A model generated the notes under the pieces. It searched no databases, was not told the DNA's origin, and was given only the letters and a program-made list of their open reading frames with translations. The translations under genes and the position numbers were made by a program. Shown piece after piece: positions 59,336-64,000 of a stretch of 64,000 nucleotides of DNA. This stretch comes from Eledone cirrhosa (taxonomy: Eukaryota), in contig OZ024746.1 of NCBI GenBank assembly GCA_964016885.1, positions 38,626,001 to 38,690,000 on the forward strand. The letters run 5' to 3'. Position 1 is the first letter of the stretch, and every line of letters begins with the position of its first letter.

Positions 59336-59810
59336 GTTGAAGATGTGATAATGATGAAGATAATGAAGATGAAGATGCTGATAATAATGATAATGAAGAT
59401 GAAGATGATGATGATGATGATGTAGCTGTTGTTATTTAGCCATAGGTCATCATTGACAGATCAAACCTATGACCAGAAGCATTCCAATCGTGATGAACAC
59501 GTCTTCTCAGATGTTAAGACAATCAGGAGTGATATGAAAAGGATTTGACTGCTATTATTTGCAGGTCAAGCAACTGCACGTTGACTATTGTACTGGGGTT
59601 TTATTGTTGTTGTTACTGGTCGTAAGGTTGGTGGTATTTGTAATGCTGGTGGAGTTAGTGATGTGGTGATTGTGGTTTTAGGGAAATGTTCATTGTGAAT
59701 GTGGTTGTTATTGTCGACGCTGATCTATTGTTAGCTCTGATTTAGCAGGTCTATGATCAAAAGCATTCCATAGATCCATCCTTGCATCTATACATATTTA
59801 CATTTATACA

Positions 59811-59883
<73 letters not shown>

Positions 59884-59906
59884 TTATATATATATGTATT
59901 TATATA

Positions 59907-59950
<44 letters not shown>

Positions 59951-60082
59951 AAAGTTCTATTTAAATTGTTGGGATACAACAAACAAATATTTTTATAACT
60001 GATATAAAGCACTCGACAAGTATTTGGAGTAAATATACGATATTAACAAATGGAAACTATATTTATAAAATAAAACCATATT

Positions 60083-60147
60083 TATTTCATTATACATATT
60101 TCAAGGATACCATGTTAAATTATGGTATGCCTTCATCAGACAAAATA
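60083..60147 (-). ncRNA. Type I hammerhead ribozyme (family A, N7=U)
   Basis: tattttgt-CTGATGA-AGG c ATACCAT aatttaac ATGGTAT CCT t-GAAAT ATGT ATA-atgaaata. Lies in a ~230-bp repeat (59947-60180) shared with 26478-26707. Confidence 0.8.
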
Positions 60148-60177
60148 CAATATATACCAGTTTTATAAATAAACATT

Positions 60178-60242
<65 letters not shown>

Positions 60243-61008
60243 GTTACATAGATAGATAGATAGATAGATTTCTTTAATTGCCACAATGGCGTACAAAGAT
60301 GGGACATTAGAAGACGTGACGGCGGGAGTTTTACATAAAAATCTTTAACAATAATCGACACACAGGCGTAGAAAGATATAGATGGCTGAATGGAAGTTTT
60401 GCGCAATACTGTTAATATATAGTGTAGAATACACAACGACCCACATTCCATATTGTTTCATCATAACTGACTTAATAATGAATATTTGTTCAATAAAATT
60501 TTCAGAGATAACTTTTCGAATGTGTAGATTACGATTATTTTGATGAAATTATCGTCTTTGTTTCCTTTTGATATTTTTGTTTTGGGGGTTTTATCCTCTA
60601 AACTGTAGTTTGTTTAGTTTTATTTTGGTTTTTGTTTGTTTGGGTTCGTTTTAAGATTACTTGGAAATGAAGAAAGGAATATAATACTTTCATTATTGTT
60701 TAATACTTTCGTTCAGTCATGTTTTCATTACTTTTGATCTGTTATTGTAGTAGGCGAATCGTAAACTCGAATTTTGTTTTTTTATTATACCTTCCAATTT
60801 CATATTGATAATGAATAATATCAATCAAGATAATGTCAGGCTTTTTTTTCCCCCCTACAGGAACGTATTGTCATTTCTACAGTTCGTATGAATTGAGAAT
60901 AAACTTATTCTAAAATATATCTATATATGTGTGTGTATGTTTATATATATATATATATATGGAGTAGATAACGATTATGTTGATGGTATATATATATATA
61001 TATATATA

Positions 61009-61069
<61 letters not shown>

Positions 61070-61616
61070 TTATATATATATTATATGTATATATATATTA
61101 TATATACATATTTTAAGATGCCCATATATATATATATATATATGAGTATCTTAAAATATGTATGTGTATATATATATATATATGTGTGTGTGTATACCAT
61201 CAATATAATCGTTATCTACTTGAAAAAGCGTTTCTGCAAAATTTCATTTAAAATATTCATTATTAAGAAAGAGGGTGGATTGGCAGTATCGGTAGAGGAT
61301 CGGACGCCATACTCTGCAGCAAAGAGTTGCGGCCCTTTATGCTATGAGTTCAAATCCCGCCGAGTTTAACTTTGCCTTTTATCCTTACGGGGTCGATAAA
61401 ATAAAGTACCAGTAATACACTGGGATAATTGCTGGCCTTGTGCCAAAAGTAGAAACAATTATTTAGAAACAGATTCAGTGAAGGAAGCGGATAGGCTGAG
61501 TTATATATAGATTATCGTCCGGAGCTTTTGTAGTAAATAGAGAGGAGAGGGTGTGAGAGTGAGATAGAGGAAATGAGAGAGAGATTGACAGCCAGACAAA
61601 CAGACAAATATAGATA

Positions 61617-62124
61617 TGTTTCTTTTATTTGCCACCAGGGCATCAAAAGTGGGACAAGTACAATGGGGGGAGTTTACAAAACAAGGTGTCATCAATAAGG
61701 AGGAGGCAATAACAAAATATAAAAATAAAATAAAATATAACAGAATAAAATTTATAACAAAATCCTCAATAGAGAGGAGGCGCCTTGGGGGGTTGCACAC
61801 ACCCCCGAAAAAAAGTGTGCAACCCTTTTCCTCAGGAGCACAGAGAAGGGGTGCTCCCTTGGTCTTTCATCTTCCTCACCTATAGTCTGATGTAGAGTGA
61901 AGGCCCATTCACACGGGCCATTCTCGCCACTTTCACCCATCTTTCATAAAAACGGCTGGGGTGCAGCACCTCTCTCTCCATCCTGATCCTTCTTCCGAAA
62001 TGATATCGGAAGAAACGGACCAGTTGTTGGCCAGAGAGAAAGGTGTCTGACCTCAGTCCTTTCAGACGCGTCCACCATACAACCTCTTTCGCCATGGCTA
62101 TTACGCACAGAAACACCGCCTCTC
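61617..62124 (-). mobile_element. 5'-truncated retroposon (structured LINE 3'UTR-like) with 20-bp TSD
   Basis: TSD caaacagacaaatatagata at 61597-61616 and 62125-62144. Its left end tttcttttatttgccac...gggac...ggagttt is shared with ~60268-60340. Confidence 0.7.
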
Positions 62125-62444
62125 CAAACAGACAAATATAGATAGATAAGTACATAGGCAAACAGACGAAAGAGATGGTAGACATACGGAGAGAGAGATG
62201 GTGAAATCCAAAAGGGAAGTTTGTTTCTATGGATATATTAACTGCTTGTTTTCAGTTAGGTTTTGTAACACTCTTGTCAATTGTATGCAAGCGTTATGAG
62301 ACATGTTTTGCCATGTATTTTTTTTTTTTTTAATAAAGTACTTATATATACATGCGTGTATTTCTGGGGCGGGAGGGGGGGGGGGTCTAAAGATTAAAAA
62401 CTATAAACGTATTAATACAGATCTCAGACTTTTGAATATGTTAA

Positions 62445-62853
62445 TAATAATTGTTTCTACTTTAGGCACAAGGCCAGCAATTACCCAGTGCATTACTGGT
62501 ACTTTATTTTATCGACCCCGTAAGGATGAAAGGCAAAGTCTACCTCGGCGGGATTTGAACTTAGATCGTAAAGGGACGTAACTACGCTGGAAAGCATGGC
62601 GTCCGACCCTCCACCGATACTGCCAATCCACCAATAATAATGGTTTCTACTATAGGCACAAAGCCAAGAATTTAGGGAGAGAGGGAAGTCGCTTAAATCG
62701 ACCCCAGTGCATTACTGGTGCTTTATTTATCGACCCCATAAGGATGAAAGGCAAAGGCTAACCTCGGCCGGATTTGAACTCAGAACGTAAAGAGCCGTAA
62801 CTCTATGCAACGAAGCAAGATGTCCGACCTTCTACCGATACTGCCAATCCACG
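62445..62853 (-). mobile_element. Two tandem SINE copies
   Basis: Family consensus twice. Confidence 0.85.
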
Positions 62854-63289
62854 TTAATAATAATGCTTTTCCACATTAGTAGCTTTATTTGTACCATATG
62901 GACATTATTTGGAACGATAGCATGGCTGAGTGGTTACAAATTTCGCAATCATAAGTAATAGGAGTCGATCCTAGGAGGTGGTGTATTCTGCATGTGTGTT
63001 TTCCAATAGCATCGGATTAACATAAGCAATGTGAGTGAAACTAGGTAAACGAGAAAAATGTACTGCCACATATAGTGTTAAGCTGAATCGACTTGAGATT
63101 TATGATATGGGTACGTATGTATGTAGAATACCCGATCTCTTACACCTGATTTTAACAAATCAGGTGTTTGTTCATCGAACAACTGAATGCTCATCGTTGA
63201 AACCGAAGGAGAATCCACTCTATATTACTGCTACCTATTTTTCATTAACATTCAAATTATGAAACAAATCACTGAGAGGTCTGTGGAGG

Positions 63290-63720
63290 CAGAGTCCTCA
63301 AGCACTTCTTCCAGCGGGTCCTGTCCGAAGCAACCATCTCCAACTAAACTGGCTAGATCCCCAAGGGAGACCAGCCGAGCTCATGGATGTTATCCTATTA
63401 TCTTGCTCGAGATCTACTCATGTTTCTCCTGCCGTTTGGTTTTGCCTATAAAATCTGTCCAGCGTTTCTATTCTAAGACATTCTAACCACATGCCCATAA
63501 TATCGGATCTGTGATCTCTCAATTCGGAGAAGTAGCGGCACTTTCTTGAGCGACTCACTGATCTCCGAGCTATCGAGTAATGTTAATCCAAAGACTATTC
63601 GGAGGAATCCCATTTCGGCCGCTTGTATTCGCGATCGTATTCTTTCGGTCATTACCCAAGATTTGTCATCATAAATACGGGTAGGCACGAATACCGAATT
63701 GAAGATAGCGAGTTTGGTTT
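63290..63720 (-). mobile_element. RTE-clade LINE remnant
   Basis: SWVMTERIRSRIQAAEMGFLR...IERSQIRYYGHVVRM is the RTE thumb/C-terminal signature. Confidence 0.8.
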
Positions 63721-64000
63721 TTATTTCTACCCCACTTTTTCGGCAAGTAAGAATTGATCTTATGAAATGACTGAGCTATTGCCCAGGTGCTCTAACACAT
63801 TTTGCCGCGAAACATGCACAATAACATTAAACATTAACTCTCTATGTATATGTGTATGTGAGTATGTTATATATATATAACTAAGTAATCTTTTCTACAT
63901 ATAGATACATACATGCATAAATTCCCAAACGCTCACACTAACGTACGCACATTCACATGGAAACATGCATACTCGCACAAATACACACGTTCCCCGAGTT

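Overview
AT-rich, microsatellite-dense animal genomic DNA. The SINE family and repeat landscape resemble octopus/coleoid cephalopod genomes (inference, not proven). There is one 200-N scaffold gap at 24898-25097. The only host gene I can support is a fatty-acid-binding protein (FABP/iLBP) gene on the + strand: exon 2 at 18058-18233 and exon 3 at 44480-44593, separated by a ~26-kb intron; exons 1 and 4 were not confidently located. The rest is mobile DNA: a near full-length R4/Dong-type non-LTR element, several RTE fragments, Penelope-like element (PLE) GIY-YIG remnants of two types, two non-autonomous Helitrons, hAT and Tc1/mariner MITEs, and about 20 tRNA-derived SINE copies. Almost all IY/HT/CV-rich ORFs in the supplied track are microsatellite artefacts. 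The most striking hidden signal is about 16 type I hammerhead ribozyme (HHR) motifs, read by eye, from many unrelated sequence families. They sit in non-coding islands inside (TA)n tracts, often as fold-back palindromes. They include a retrozyme-like element with two HHR-bearing direct repeats that would release a ~1002-nt RNA, U3:A8 compensatory core variants in two unrelated families, and a GC-rich multi-hairpin RNA ending in an HHR. Unpaired HHRs are mostly antisense to the host gene. Ribozyme activity, expression and novelty relative to databases could not be tested here.
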